A stretch of DNA of 64,000 nt. It comes from an uncultured Planctomycetaceae bacterium (GTDB lineage Bacteria > Planctomycetota > Planctomycetia > Isosphaerales > Isosphaeraceae). A program made the position numbers and the translations under genes. Below the pieces are notes generated by a model that saw only the letters and a list, made by a program, of their open reading frames with translations, did not search any database and was not told the DNA's origin. The stretch is from the NCBI GenBank assembly GCA_963833985.1, contig CAWIAD010000001.1:608001-672000 (forward strand). Reading direction: 5' to 3'. This document shows positions 33,515 to 44,731 of the stretch, in pieces. Within the stretch, counting starts at the first letter, position 1, and the number at the start of each line of letters is the position of its first letter.

Positions 33515-34753
33515 TCACCGGGGCGGTTCAATCTCGGTCGTCGGCCCCACCGAAACGATGGTCATGGGCCAGAGCGGCCAGTCCGTCAGCAGCTTCCGGA
33601 GGTGGTTCAAGGTCACGCGGGAGAAGGCCTCGAGCTCGTCCTCGACCGTCAGGTAAGTGCGCCTGTACATCCACTGGAAACCGAGGGAGCCCAGCCGTCC
33701 CATGGGGCGCTCGCTCCGGAGCACGGAGCGGGCAAGCACCTTGTTCTTCGCCTGGTTCAGCTCCTCCTCGGTGACGCCCTCGGACATCACGCTGCGATAG
33801 GTCTCGGCGATGCGGCCGAGGTTGGCCTGGGCCTCGCCGGGTTCGCAGCTCAGGAAGGTAAAGAAAGTGCCGGCCTGGTTGTAATCCTGATACGAAAGCT
33901 CGGCGCCGTCGGCGAGCCCCGGGTCGATCAGTGCCCAGTAGAGCCGCGAGCCGGTATGGTCGCCAAGGATCGTCGCCAGCAGGTGCGCGGCATAGCGATC
34001 TTCGGTCTCCAGGGGGGGCGCGTCGCAGACTCCGACGACCGTTTGCTGCAAATCCTCGTCCCGGCGCAGCGCTCGAAACGCGTGCGTGCCTCGGACCTGC
34101 TGGGCCACGCGCGTGGCGGGACCGCCCTGCCAGGAGCCACAATGCCGCCCGCCGAGATCGAGCAGTTGCTCCCAGTGACCGTTGCCCGCGAACGCCAGCA
34201 CGATGTTGGCGGGGCTGTAACGGCCGGCAAAGTATTCGCGCATCCGACCGACCTGCATCGCGCCGATCGAATCGACTGTTCCCAGGATGCTGTTTCCGAG
34301 CGGATGAGCGCCGAAATGCGCGGTCTTGGCCGCCTCGTAAGCGACCGACATCGGGTTATCCAGGTACATCCGGATTTCCTCGATGATCACCTGCTTCTCG
34401 GTCTCGAAGTCCTCCTGGCGGAGGGTCGGCCGGAGGATATCCGCCAGCACGTCGAAGGAGGGCTCAAGGTATTCCGGCAGGCAGGTGACGTGGTAAAACG
34501 TGTCTTCCTCGGAAGTCTGGGCGTTGTGCTTGGCGCCCACCCGGTCGAAGTCGCGATTGACGGCCAGGGCGTCCCTCCGGCTGGTTCCCTTGAAGGTCAT
34601 GTGCTCCAGGAAGTGCGAGACTCCAGCCAGGTCGGCCGTCTCGTCGCGGCTGCCCGTCTTGACGAAAAAACCGGCGGCCACCGAGTGCGCCTGGTCATTC
34701 AGCTCGGCGATCACCTCGAGGCCATTCGACAGCGTTGCATGGTGAAAGGTCAT
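33515..34753 (-). CDS. M16 family zinc peptidase, catalytic subunit
   Basis: GVSHFLEHMTFKGT (HxxEH), NAQTSEE, EKQVIIEEI. Confidence 0.95.
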   Translation of the reverse strand: MTFHHATLSNGLEVIAELNDQAHSVAAGFFVKTGSRDETADLAGVSHFLEHMTFKGTSRRDALAVNRDFDRVGAKHNAQTSEEDTFYHVTCLPEYLEPSFDVLADILRPTLRQEDFETEKQVIIEEIRMYLDNPMSVAYEAAKTAHFGAHPLGNSILGTVDSIGAMQVGRMREYFAGRYSPANIVLAFAGNGHWEQLLDLGGRHCGSWQGGPATRVAQQVRGTHAFRALRRDEDLQQTVVGVCDAPPLETEDRYAAHLLATILGDHTGSRLYWALIDPGLADGAELSYQDYNQAGTFFTFLSCEPGEAQANLGRIAETYRSVMSEGVTEEELNQAKNKVLARSVLRSERPMGRLGSLGFQWMYRRTYLTVEDELEAFSRVTLNHLRKLLTDWPLWPMTIVSVGPTTEIEPPR

Positions 34754-34881
34754 CGATCTCGACCCGCCACAGAGAAGAGAGGCGTTCCTGCGACTCCCGC
34801 CCAGCGTAGCCGGTAACGCCTCGTTTCGCCAGCATCTTGTGGGCAGGAACCTGACCGGGCCGCGGGCCTGCGGGCAGCGTA

Positions 34882-36160
34882 CTAAGCCGTGGCTTCCGCG
34901 GGCACGCGGAGGGCCGCCGGACCGAGAGTCAGGATGGTCAGATTCCGGACATCAAGGGCGTTCGCCGCGTACTCGGAGACCGAACCGGGCGTGAGGGCAT
35001 CAAGCCTGGCCGAGATCTCCTGGAGGGGGCGGACACGGCCCAGGAAGTACCAGTCCGACGCCAGCGCGCTGGAGCGGCTCATGCTCGATTCCTGGGCCAT
35101 GATCAGCGAGCTCTTCGAGACCCGCACGCATGGTTTCCAGCTCCTCGGGCTCGATTCCCTCGCGCGTCAGGCGCTGCATCTCGGCAACCACCACGTCCAG
35201 GGTCTGCTGCGCCCGATCGGTCGACGTCCCCGCGTAGCAGAGCATGGCGGCCCGGGCGCGCTGGCTCTCATAAGACGCATAGACCGAATAGCAGAGCCCG
35301 CGCTTCTCGCGGACCTCCGTGAACAGGCGGGCCGAGGAATAGCCCCCCAGGATCGCCACCGCGGCACGCGCTCGATAGTAGTCGGGGCTGTCCACAGTCG
35401 CCGCGGGGTGAGCCAGGGCAATCTGGATTTGCTGGGTCTCGCGCACGATGTGGTCGCGGCCTGGTCCCGCCGGCTTCTCGACCAGTTCCGGCTCGGGTCT
35501 GGGTTCCCACTGGCCGAAGAGCCGGCCCACCGCGTCCCGGACGCGCGGCCAGTCGATGGCTCCCGCCACGCCGAGGATCGTGCCGTTGGGACGGTAAACC
35601 GAGCCCAGGAACCGTCGTAGCGACTCGCCCGTGGCGCCGGTGATCCCCTCCAGCGACCCGGGCGAGGGCCGGCCCCAGGGCTCGGGAAAGTGCCGGCGGC
35701 GCAGCTCGTAGATCACCTTGCTGCCAGGGTCATCCTCCAGGCTGCGGAGGTTTTGCAGACAGAGCGCCCGGATCGGCTCGATCTGCTGCTCGTCGCAGTG
35801 CGGCCTGAGCACCATGTCGGCGAAGATCTCCAGCGCCGGGACCAGGTTGCGGCCCAGTGTCGCGGCCGAAAGACTGGTGTGCAGGGTCTGCGCACTTTCG
35901 GAGTGCATGATGCCCAGATTGTCCAGCGCGGTGAGCAACTGACGGCTGTCGCGCGCACCGGCCCCACGCGTGATCCACTCGGCGACCATCGTGGCCGCGC
36001 CCGCCCCGGCCGCGACGCCCGCGGCCTCCTCGTACGCCGCCCCGGCCGGCACCAGCAAGGTGAACGCCGCCGACTGAACGCCCGGCATGACTTCACCGAC
36101 GAGCACCAGCCCATTGGAATACGTATGTTGTTCGATCGTGGCGGGCGTAATCTCTGGCAC
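34882..36160 (-). CDS. M16 family peptidase, non-catalytic subunit; frameshift at ~35117
   Basis: Lacks HxxEH; ARLFTEVREKRGLCYSV; C-terminus KSSLIMAQESS continues in ORF 34882..35127. Confidence 0.9.
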
Positions 36161-36477
36161 GGCGTTCCCCGTCGCGGCGTGTGACTCGAAACAGGGGGCA
36201 AGCGGCAACTCAGGAGGGGCCGGATGCAAGGGCTGCCGTCACCCGGGCAGCGCCCCTTGCCAGTGTCGCCCTCCCGTGGCGAGGTCTCCGCTCATGCAGT
36301 ACGAGTCTATTCTTAAATCGAATCAGGTTAACAAACAAGGCCGTTCGCAACCACTGACCCTGGGGAACCAGTGCAGGGCAGACCATTATTACTCCGCGAC
36401 CGGCACCCGAATGCGGCGTGCCGGTGCCTTGCCAGGCTGGCTGCTTGGTTCGCAGGCGGTCGGCCGCCTCTTCGGCT

Positions 36478-37014
36478 TCATCCATCCACTGCCTTGTACA
36501 GGGTTCGGGAACGCTGAAAGCCGAGCGTGCGGTAAAGCTGGACGGCCGCGCTATTTTCCGCGGTGACTTCAAGGTAAGCACGGTGCAGGCCGGCTTGGCG
36601 GAATCCGGCGAGGGCGCGGTGGACGAGGGCGCGGCCCAGTCCGATACCCCGGTAGGACGGAAGCACGCCGAGATTCTGGATCGCGCCGATCGGACCGTGA
36701 TCCATCACCCCCTGAACCGTGGCGACGTACCCCTCGGAGCAGGCAATCAGCCACGTGGCGTCGGGCAGAAACCCCGGCTTGCGGCGGATCTCGCGCATCA
36801 GACGCTGGCAGCCATAACGGTCGCCCAGGCAAGGAAAGACGAAGGCGTCGATCTCGGAGCGGAAGCTCTGGTATTTCACCTCGGCATGGTCGGCCAGCAG
36901 ACCTTCCTCCCAGGGCACCCAGAAGAATCCTCCGGGAAGTGCTGCCGGCAGGCGGCACGCGAAGGAATCCAGCTCAATTTCCATCCGCAAGCGCTTGTAG
37001 TAGGTGATCGCCAT
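36478..37014 (-). CDS. GNAT family N-acetyltransferase
   Basis: LGVLPSYRGIGLGRAL, LEVTAENSAAVQLYRTLGF. Confidence 0.9.
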   Translation of the reverse strand: MAITYYKRLRMEIELDSFACRLPAALPGGFFWVPWEEGLLADHAEVKYQSFRSEIDAFVFPCLGDRYGCQRLMREIRRKPGFLPDATWLIACSEGYVATVQGVMDHGPIGAIQNLGVLPSYRGIGLGRALVHRALAGFRQAGLHRAYLEVTAENSAAVQLYRTLGFQRSRTLYKAVDG

Positions 37015-37187
37015 GGGAGATCGGGATGCGGTTGCCGGTCCGGCCAGGAAAGGAGAGCTTTCACCTGGAACTGGCTGCATTCTAAGTCGGCTTTCGTGGC
37101 AAGGTCAATCGCCTGCACGGACCATCCATCGCCGGCCGCATGCGCTGTCCGGACCACTCTACCATTCGGCGTTCGCGCGGGCGGAAT

Positions 37188-39241
37188 TCAGTCTCCGGAA
37201 GCCGAGTCGCGGCCGCCGTCGGTCCAGGACCACTGGCTGCCGCTCAGCTCCGGGGCGGCGGGTGCCGGGGGCGGGGCGGCGTGAGGCAGCGTTCCCGTCG
37301 AGCGTCCGGGACGGGCAATCAGCATCGGCACGCTCAGCTGGTGACGCACCCGGTCGACGGTCTGTCCGAACAGCAGGTCGCGCACCAGGCCGTGCCCGTG
37401 GGAACCGACCACCAGCAGGTCGACGGGATCTTTCCGCAGGTGGCTGACAAGCTGGCCGGCAGGATCGGGACCATACAGAAGCACCGAGCGCGCCGGGTAA
37501 CCGCGGTCGCGGAGCGCCTGAACCAGCTCGTCGAGATAACGCGCGTCGGCTCCCGTCTCCCGATCGGCGGTTTCCGGTCCATGAACCGCGGTCAAGGGCG
37601 TATCCACGACGTGCAGGAGCAGGAGGTCGGAAAGCTGGCGATCCCCCTGCGCGAGGCTCAGGGCGCGATTGAGGATCTCGGCGTCCGCCGGTCCGTGCTC
37701 GAGTGCCACGCCAATCCTCCCGAGGGTCAGCGGTCGTAGAGCCTGCACCCAGTCCACTTCCACGCTCGCCCCCGACGACCAGGCCGGAGAGGGCTGGATG
37801 ATCGGCTTCAGTGTGATCCACAGGAGCAGGCTTGCCATGCCGGCGGCAAGTGCCGCCAGGGCAATACCCACCAGCCACTCCAGCGGCACCGGCCCGACGC
37901 GCAGGCCCGACCCCTGCGCCATCTCGATCCACGTCCAGATCTGGTCGAAAACGAGCTTGGCGTTGAGACCAACGATGACCGCGGCAACCGCCCACGCCAG
38001 GATCTGTCCCCACCACGGGTTCGCCAGGCTGCCCATGTTGCGGCGGTTGGACGTGAAGTGGATCAGCGGAATGACAGCGAAGGAGAGCTGGAGGCTGAGG
38101 ATGACCTGGCTCAGCACCAGAAGCTGCTGAGTCGATTGTTCGCCCGCGAGGCCGATGACGATCACCGCGGGGACAAGCGCGATGAGCCGGGTGATCAAGC
38201 GCCGCAGCCAGGGTGCGATCTTGAGGTTCAGGAAGCCTTCCATGACGATCTGGCCGGCCAAGGTGCCGGTCAGCGTGGAGCTCTGGCCGGCGCACAAGAC
38301 GCGCAATGCCAAAGAGGATCGGCGCCTTGCCCCAGGAACGACGGCAAGAGTTCGTGCGCGCGCTCGATCGTGCCCACCTCGATTCCATGGCGATGGAAGA
38401 CCGCGGCGCTCAGTACCAGGATGGCCGCATTGACGAAGAAGGCGGCGTTCAGCGCGATCGTCGAGTCGAGCAGGAAATATCGGCAGGCCGACGCCCGGCT
38501 GCTCGTGTCGTCGCCGATTCGCCGCGTCTGCACCAGCGCAGAATGCAGGTAAAGGTTGTGCGGCATCACCGTCGCTCCGAGGATGCCGATGGCCACGAAC
38601 AGCGCACCGGGCGGCAGTTTCGGCCGCAAACCCGAGACGACGCCCAGAAGATCGGGCTGGGCCTGGAAGATCTGCACCAGGAAGCAGCCGCCGATGGTGG
38701 CGACCAGGACCAGGATCACGGCCTCCATCTGCCGCATACCCCAGCGCTGGAGGTAGAGCAGCAGGAAGGTGTCGAAGGCCGTGATGGCGCAGCCGGTGAG
38801 GAGGTTCAATCCGAAAAGGAGCTTCAGGGCGATGATCGTTCCCAGGACCTCCGCCAGGTCCGTGGCGGCGATGGCGATCTCGGTCAGCAGCCAGAGGATG
38901 AAGCTGAGCCGTGGCGAGTACTCCGCACGGCAGGCTTGCGCCAGATCATGCTTGGTGACAACCCCCAGACGGGCCGCCAGCGTCTGGAGCAGGATGGCCA
39001 TCAGGTTGGACATGAGCAGCACCCAGATCAGCGTGTAGCCGAACCGTGCACCACCCTCGAGGTCCGTCGCCCAGTTTCCGGGGTCCATGTAGCCCACGCT
39101 CACCAGGTAGGCGGGCCCCAGAAAACTGAAAAGCTTGCGCAGTTTTTGCCGGCCCCCCTGGGAGCCAGGTGGAACATGAACCGTGCCATGGACTTCTTCC
39201 AGGGACCTCCGTTCCGGCTTCATCTCCCCGGCCACCGCCAT
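37188..39241 (-). CDS. mntH: Nramp divalent-metal transporter with C-terminal universal stress protein domain; two indels at ~38300-38330
   Basis: GYMDPGNW, GATVMPHNLYLHS, GQSSTLTGTLAGQIVMEGF; C-terminal LLLLHVV...DLLVVGSHGHG....LFGQTVDRV (USP). Confidence 0.92.
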
Positions 39242-39374
39242 GCCCGCCCCTTCAAACGAGATCCCGGCCAGCCCGAAACGCGGTCCAATGAGAATCCGCA
39301 CGCGCAGGCAGTCTCATGTGTACCTGATTTTTCGAGCAGTGGCAAGTCGTTTACCAAAACGCTCAAAATTGATT

Positions 39375-39390
39375 TTTCGGTTGTCCGAAA
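39375..39390. promoter_or_regulatory. Putative MntR/DtxR-type operator
   Basis: TTTCGG-ttgt-CCGAAA palindrome in an AT-rich segment ~135 nt upstream of mntH. Confidence 0.55.
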
Positions 39391-39523
39391 TCGGCGAAAA
39401 TGAGGGTGGCACGCGGTTTTCAAGCGATGCTCCGACGGCGGCTTGCTAGAATTACGACAAGGTCTGGGGTCTCGCGGTTCGCGCGGCGCCCCGAGCGGGA
39501 AGTCGAATTCGATATCGGGAGGC

Positions 39524-40029
39524 ATGGTCATGGGTCGCTGCCTGGGGGTCTTGGTGGGAGGCTGGCTGCTCTTGGGGCACCAGGTCGTGGCGAGCGCCAG
39601 GTGGCGCCCGGGTATCCGCCGGCTTCCGGGCACATGGGATTCGTTCCGCCCACGGCCGTGAATCCGGCGGCAGTCGGCAGCCCGTACATGGAGACGTTTC
39701 CTTCCTTTGCCGGAACTTATGGCTTCCCCCTGGGCTTGACGGTGCGGCCGGTCACGCCATTCACCACAACCACACGCCCCGCCGCCGTGGCCAGGGGACG
39801 CGTCCGCCGCCCGCGTGCCGCGCGGGCCGGGAACGGCGTTGTCAACGCCACGCCTCCGCCATACGCCACGCAACTGCCGACCGGGCAACTGTACTGGCCG
39901 GGCTCCGGCGTCAGCCCCAACTACAGCCCCTATAGCCGCTATCAGAGTTACGGCTCTGGGTACTCCCGGGGACCCTACGGCTCGAACTTCTACGGTGGTC
40001 TGTGGAAGGGGTTCTGGCTCGGTGACTGA
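39524..40029 (+). CDS. Secreted low-complexity Pro/Gly/Tyr/Ser-rich protein; frameshift at ~39598
   Basis: GGGAGG SD; signal MVMGRCLGVLVGGWLLLGHQVVASA continues as QVAPGYPP if one C is restored; ends YGSGYSRGPYGSNFYGGLWKGFWLGD. Confidence 0.7.
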
Positions 40030-40203
40030 GGTGCGATCCCGAGCCGGGGCGAGGCCGGTGGTGAAGGTCTTCTCGCCCATCGGCCCACGCGGTCCAGCGG
40101 CTCCGAACCGGCGTGCGCCGCGTGGGAGGATCAGAGGCCTGATCGCTACTCATTTTGTGGGCGAACGATCCGGTGGCGGATGGTTGCCCGCCGAGGAGCC
40201 ACG

Positions 40204-41697
40204 ATGGCACGGCTTCAAACTCGACGTGGCGCGAACCGGAGCATGTCTGTACTGCTCTGCGGGTTTGCGTTTCTGGGAGCAGCCCTGGAGCGAGTCTCTG
40301 CCGCCGAGGTAGACGCCGGAGCCGCTCGCGTACTGCTCGTCTCTGGACCGGGCGCTGACGACTGGCAAGCCAGAGCGTCGGAACTGCGGCAAATTCTGAC
40401 CGCGACCGGCCGGTTCGACGTACGCCTGTGCGAGACGTTCGCCGGCCAGGCCGCAAGCTTGATCCGGGACTTCGACCTCGTTGTCGATGCCTCGGGCATC
40501 TCGGCTCAGGGGGCGGAGGGCGAAGCGGCCATTGCCCGGTTCGTCGAATCCGGAAAGGGGCTGGTCCTGACGCGCGCAGCTTTGCTTGCCAGCCGCGCTG
40601 GAAGCGGGGGACGCGGACCGGGGAAGCAGGCATCCCGCTCTGTTCCGGGAGATTCCGCGGCCTGGTGGCCGGCGAGCCTGGCGGATGGTCCCGCCGGGCC
40701 GGTCCAGTTCCTCGACCTCAGGATCAGCCGAGCGGATCATGTCATCACGCGGGGGATCCGAACCGAATACAGGATTGCCGACGCACTGCCCGGTCCAATG
40801 GTGATCCACCCCCAGGCGGAGACTCTCGCCCAGGCGCGGCCGACGGAGTCCCCCGACGGCAGCGATCGTGAGCAGCCGGTGCTGCTGGCGCTCAGGCATG
40901 GCAAGGGACGCGTTTTCGCCACGCTCATGGGCTCCAGTCTCGCTGCCATGCACGAGACGGCGTTCCAGGCGACGTTCGCCAGAGGGGCGGAATGGGCCGC
41001 GACCGGCAAGGTCACGCTGCCGCCGGAGCTGCCCAGATCCCGCGACGACGCGAAAGGAGTGAGGGGGCTGCTGATCACCGGCGGTCACGAACACGACACG
41101 TCGTTTTACTCGATGTTCCAGGGTAACGGGGCCCTGATGCGAATGCCCGTGAGCACGAGTGCCCTGGCATTCCAGGCCGACCTGCGGAGCAAGTACGATG
41201 TGATCGTCATGTACGACTTCACGCGGCACCTGGACGAGACGGGGAAAAAACATCTGCGTGAGTTCGTGGAGAGCGGCAAGGGCGTGGTCGTGCTGCATCA
41301 CGCGCTCCTGAACTATCAGGACTGGCCGTGGTGGTACCAGCAAGTGGTCGGGGGCAGCTACCGGCTACAGCGCGAGGGCGCGGTTCCGTCCTCGACGGTC
41401 AAGGACAGCCAGCTTTTTGAAGTGACGCCCCGACCCGGGCATCCGATCACGCTTGGGGTTGATCCGTTCTATCTCGTGGACGAGGCCTACCAGCGGATGT
41501 GGTTCTCCCCGTCGATCCGGCCACTGCTCGTGACGGACAACGCGTACAGCGACAGGGTCGTGGCCTGGGTCGGGCCGGACCCTCATTACAAGGTGGTGGC
41601 GGTGCAGCTTGGCCACGGCCCGTGGGCGTTCAGCCATCCGTCGTACCAGCGGCTGGTTTCCAATGCGATTCTCTGGGCGGCCGGGCGGCTGCATTGA
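40204..41697 (+). CDS. Tandem ThuA-like domain protein
   Basis: Two repeats: RVLLVSG...FVESGKGLV...GKGRVF and LLITGGHEHD...FVESGKGVVVLHHA...QLGH. Confidence 0.82.
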   Translation: MARLQTRRGANRSMSVLLCGFAFLGAALERVSAAEVDAGAARVLLVSGPGADDWQARASELRQILTATGRFDVRLCETFAGQAASLIRDFDLVVDASGISAQGAEGEAAIARFVESGKGLVLTRAALLASRAGSGGRGPGKQASRSVPGDSAAWWPASLADGPAGPVQFLDLRISRADHVITRGIRTEYRIADALPGPMVIHPQAETLAQARPTESPDGSDREQPVLLALRHGKGRVFATLMGSSLAAMHETAFQATFARGAEWAATGKVTLPPELPRSRDDAKGVRGLLITGGHEHDTSFYSMFQGNGALMRMPVSTSALAFQADLRSKYDVIVMYDFTRHLDETGKKHLREFVESGKGVVVLHHALLNYQDWPWWYQQVVGGSYRLQREGAVPSSTVKDSQLFEVTPRPGHPITLGVDPFYLVDEAYQRMWFSPSIRPLLVTDNAYSDRVVAWVGPDPHYKVVAVQLGHGPWAFSHPSYQRLVSNAILWAAGRLH

Positions 41698-41737
41698 TGG
41701 GCGGGGATGACTTGCCAGGAAGTAAGGAGCCGGCGCA

Positions 41738-42679
41738 ATGAAAGTGGGACTCTACAGCATCACCTACCTGGGGCTCTGGTACCGGGGCGAGGCGCTTTCG
41801 CTGGAAGAGATGATTCGCAGGGCAAAGCAATTCGGCTATGACGGCATCGAGGTGGACGGGAAGCGCCCTCATGGCTGCCCGCTGGACTGGCCGAAACCGC
41901 GGTGCCGCGAGCTGCGTGCGCTGGCCGACGGCGAGGGGATCGAGATCTTCGCGGTGGCCGCCAACAACGACTTCAGCAGCCCGGTGCCCGAGGTTCGCGA
42001 GGCCCAGATCTGCTGCGTCCGCGACCTGATCCGGATGACGGCCGACCTGGGAGCATCCACACTCCGGGTGTTCCTGGCCTGGTGGGGCGTCACCCGGCAC
42101 CCGCGCCTGGCCACGTACCGGATCGCCAAGAAGCTCTGGCCGATCGTGCACGAGGAATTCAAGGACCAGGAGATCTGGGACTGGTGCCGCGATGCCCTGG
42201 CCGAGTGCGCGCGGTACGCCGGCGACGCGGGAGTCACTCTCGCGTTGCAGAACCACCGGCCAGTCATCAATGATCACCGCGACGTCCTGCGCATGGTTCG
42301 TGAGATCGGTTCCTCGCACCTGAAGGTCTGCCTGGACGCCCCGCTCATGCCCGACAAGAGCGCCGAGGCGATCGACAGCGCGGCGAAAGAGGTGGGCCCC
42401 CTCCAGGTGCTCTCGCACTTTGGCGGCGAATACGAGCGACAACCCGATGGCTCGATCCGCGGGTTCGATCGTTGGGACGGAGTGATCACGGGCGACACGA
42501 ACCAGTATTATTGCGACTTCGTTCGAGGCATGCGCACCGTCGGCTACAGCGGATACATCAGCTACGAGCTGTGCCACGACCTCCCTCAGATCAACGGTCA
42601 GACACCGGGCATCGACTTCGCCGATGAAAACGCTCGTCTGGCAGCCGAGTTCATGCGCGGGCTCATCGAGGCGAGATGA
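41738..42679 (+). CDS. Sugar phosphate isomerase/epimerase (xylose-isomerase-like TIM barrel)
   Basis: GYDGIEV, LALQNH, KVCLD, GYSGYISYE; AAGGAG SD. Confidence 0.88.
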   Translation: MKVGLYSITYLGLWYRGEALSLEEMIRRAKQFGYDGIEVDGKRPHGCPLDWPKPRCRELRALADGEGIEIFAVAANNDFSSPVPEVREAQICCVRDLIRMTADLGASTLRVFLAWWGVTRHPRLATYRIAKKLWPIVHEEFKDQEIWDWCRDALAECARYAGDAGVTLALQNHRPVINDHRDVLRMVREIGSSHLKVCLDAPLMPDKSAEAIDSAAKEVGPLQVLSHFGGEYERQPDGSIRGFDRWDGVITGDTNQYYCDFVRGMRTVGYSGYISYELCHDLPQINGQTPGIDFADENARLAAEFMRGLIEAR

Positions 42680-42694
42680 TCGGGAGGCTCACAG

Positions 42695-43510
42695 ATGACC
42701 CGGTGGATCCGTAACCTCCAGGCGGCGGCCCTCATCCTGATCCTCGCCGCCCCCGCCGTGGCGCAGGAGCGGAAGCGCAACGTGCTGTTCATCGGCCAGA
42801 GCAAGGGCTACCAGCATGAGGCGATCTCAACCGCCATGGTCACCTTCTATAACCTCGGCCGAACCTCGGGGCGCTGGAATACCTACTTCCGTACCGACTG
42901 CGCGGCCGTCACGAAGAAGCCGCTCAAGTGGGGTGCCAAAAATCTGAACGCTTTCGACGCCCTCGTCTTCTTCACCGACGGCGACCTGGACATGGACGAG
43001 TCGCAGAAGGCTGACCTGCTTTCCTTCGTCCGCGATGACGGCAAGGGTTTCATCGGGATCCACAGCGCAAGCATCACGTTCGTCTCCTGGCCCGAGTACG
43101 GCACGATGCTCGGCGGGTATTACGACGGCCATCCCTGGGGCGAGTTCGCCGCGCCCCTGGTGGTGGAGGATCCCGGCTTCCCTGGGATGCAGCACCTTCC
43201 CGCCCGGTTCTCGCTGCATGACGAGATCTACCAGATCAGGAACTTCTCGCGCCGCGACGTGCACGTCCTCATGAGCCTGGATGCAAGCAAGCTTGACCTC
43301 ACACGCAAGGGCGTGCACCAGGAAGGCCGCGACTTCCCGGTCGTTTGGGCGCGGAACTATGGCAAAGGCCGTGTGCTTTATAACGGCCTGGGCCATCGCC
43401 TTGAGGTCTGGGAACGGCCCGAGATCCAGCGCATGTGGCAGGAGATGGTCGAGTGGTCGCTGGGCCTGGTTCCGGGCGACGCCACGCCCCGGCCCGCTGC
43501 CGCGAAATGA
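42695..43510 (+). CDS. Secreted ThuA domain protein
   Basis: Signal peptide; GYQH, GKGFIGIHSA, GGYYDGHPW, DEIY, YGKGRVLYNGLGH. Confidence 0.9.
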   Translation: MTRWIRNLQAAALILILAAPAVAQERKRNVLFIGQSKGYQHEAISTAMVTFYNLGRTSGRWNTYFRTDCAAVTKKPLKWGAKNLNAFDALVFFTDGDLDMDESQKADLLSFVRDDGKGFIGIHSASITFVSWPEYGTMLGGYYDGHPWGEFAAPLVVEDPGFPGMQHLPARFSLHDEIYQIRNFSRRDVHVLMSLDASKLDLTRKGVHQEGRDFPVVWARNYGKGRVLYNGLGHRLEVWERPEIQRMWQEMVEWSLGLVPGDATPRPAAAK

Positions 43511-43731
43511 CCCGTGATTCGCGGTGGCGCGGCAGACCCGCGCCGGCTCTCTTGCCGGGCCGTGCGCGCACGGCGCAGGGCTCTGGCCCTGGCCCGGTAG
43601 GGCTCAGCCGGCCGGCACCTGCCGATGAACCCGGACGATCCGGCTTGCGTAACACCTGGAGAGTGGCTTTATCTATATCGACGGACGATCGAGTGAATCT
43701 GACACGCCATCGGGAGGCTTGTTCGTAGAAG

Positions 43732-44721
43732 ATGAGCGTCGATATCCAGAAGATCAAGGACCAGGTCCTCCAGTTCTCCGACCAGCTCGAGCGCGTCAAA
43801 ACAGAGGTCCGCAAGGTCCTGATCGGTCAGGACGTGATGCTGTCGCGGCTGCTCATTGCACTTTTGACGGGGGGCCACGTCCTACTCGAGGGGGTTCCCG
43901 GCCTGGCGAAGACCACGGCCATCAAGGCGCTTGCGGCCGCGATCCACTGCCGGTTCAACCGCATTCAGTTCACGCCCGACCTGCTGCCGGCCGACCTCAT
44001 TGGCACCCTTATCTACAACCCGCGCGAGGGCAATTTCAGCACGCGGAAAGGGCCGATCTTCGCCAACCTGATCCTCGCCGACGAGATCAACCGCGCGCCC
44101 TCCAAGGTCCAGTCAGCGCTCCTGGAAGCGATGCAGGAGCACCAGGTGACCATCGGCGACGAGTCGTACCGGCTCGATGAGCCATTCCTCGTCCTGGCGA
44201 CGCAGAACCCGATCGAGCAGGAGGGGACCTACCCGCTCCCCGAGGCGCAGGTGGACCGGTTCATGCTCAAGGTGGTGGTGGGCTATCCGACCCTGGCCGA
44301 GGAGCGCAAGGTGGTGGACGTGGCCCTTGACGGCCTCCGTCGTGAGGTTCAGCCGGTGCTCGACCCGGTTCAACTCGACCTCATGAAGCAGACGGCCAGC
44401 GCCATTTACCTTGACGACAAGGTGAAGGACTACGTGCTCGACCTGGTCTCGGCCACGCGTCATCCGGAGCAGTACAAGCTGGGCGACCTCAAGCCGCTGA
44501 TCGAGTACGGCGCATCGCCGCGCGCGTCGATCAGCCTTTGCCTGGCAGCCCGGGCGAACGCATTTCTGGTCGGCCGCGCGTACGTCACCCCGCAGGACGT
44601 CAAGGACGTGGCGAACGACGTGCTGCGGCACCGGGTCTTGCTCTCCTATGAGGCCGAGGCCGAGGAGACCACCTCCGACGACGTGATCCGCAAGGTGCTC
44701 GAGTCGGTCCCTGTCCCTTGA
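43732..44721 (+). CDS. moxR: MoxR family AAA+ ATPase
   Basis: EGVPGLAKT, RIQFTPDLLPAD, ADEINRAP, ATQNPIEQEGTYPLPEAQVDRF, GASPRA. Confidence 0.97.
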   Translation: MSVDIQKIKDQVLQFSDQLERVKTEVRKVLIGQDVMLSRLLIALLTGGHVLLEGVPGLAKTTAIKALAAAIHCRFNRIQFTPDLLPADLIGTLIYNPREGNFSTRKGPIFANLILADEINRAPSKVQSALLEAMQEHQVTIGDESYRLDEPFLVLATQNPIEQEGTYPLPEAQVDRFMLKVVVGYPTLAEERKVVDVALDGLRREVQPVLDPVQLDLMKQTASAIYLDDKVKDYVLDLVSATRHPEQYKLGDLKPLIEYGASPRASISLCLAARANAFLVGRAYVTPQDVKDVANDVLRHRVLLSYEAEAEETTSDDVIRKVLESVPVP

Positions 44722-44731
44722 GGCTCGTGTC

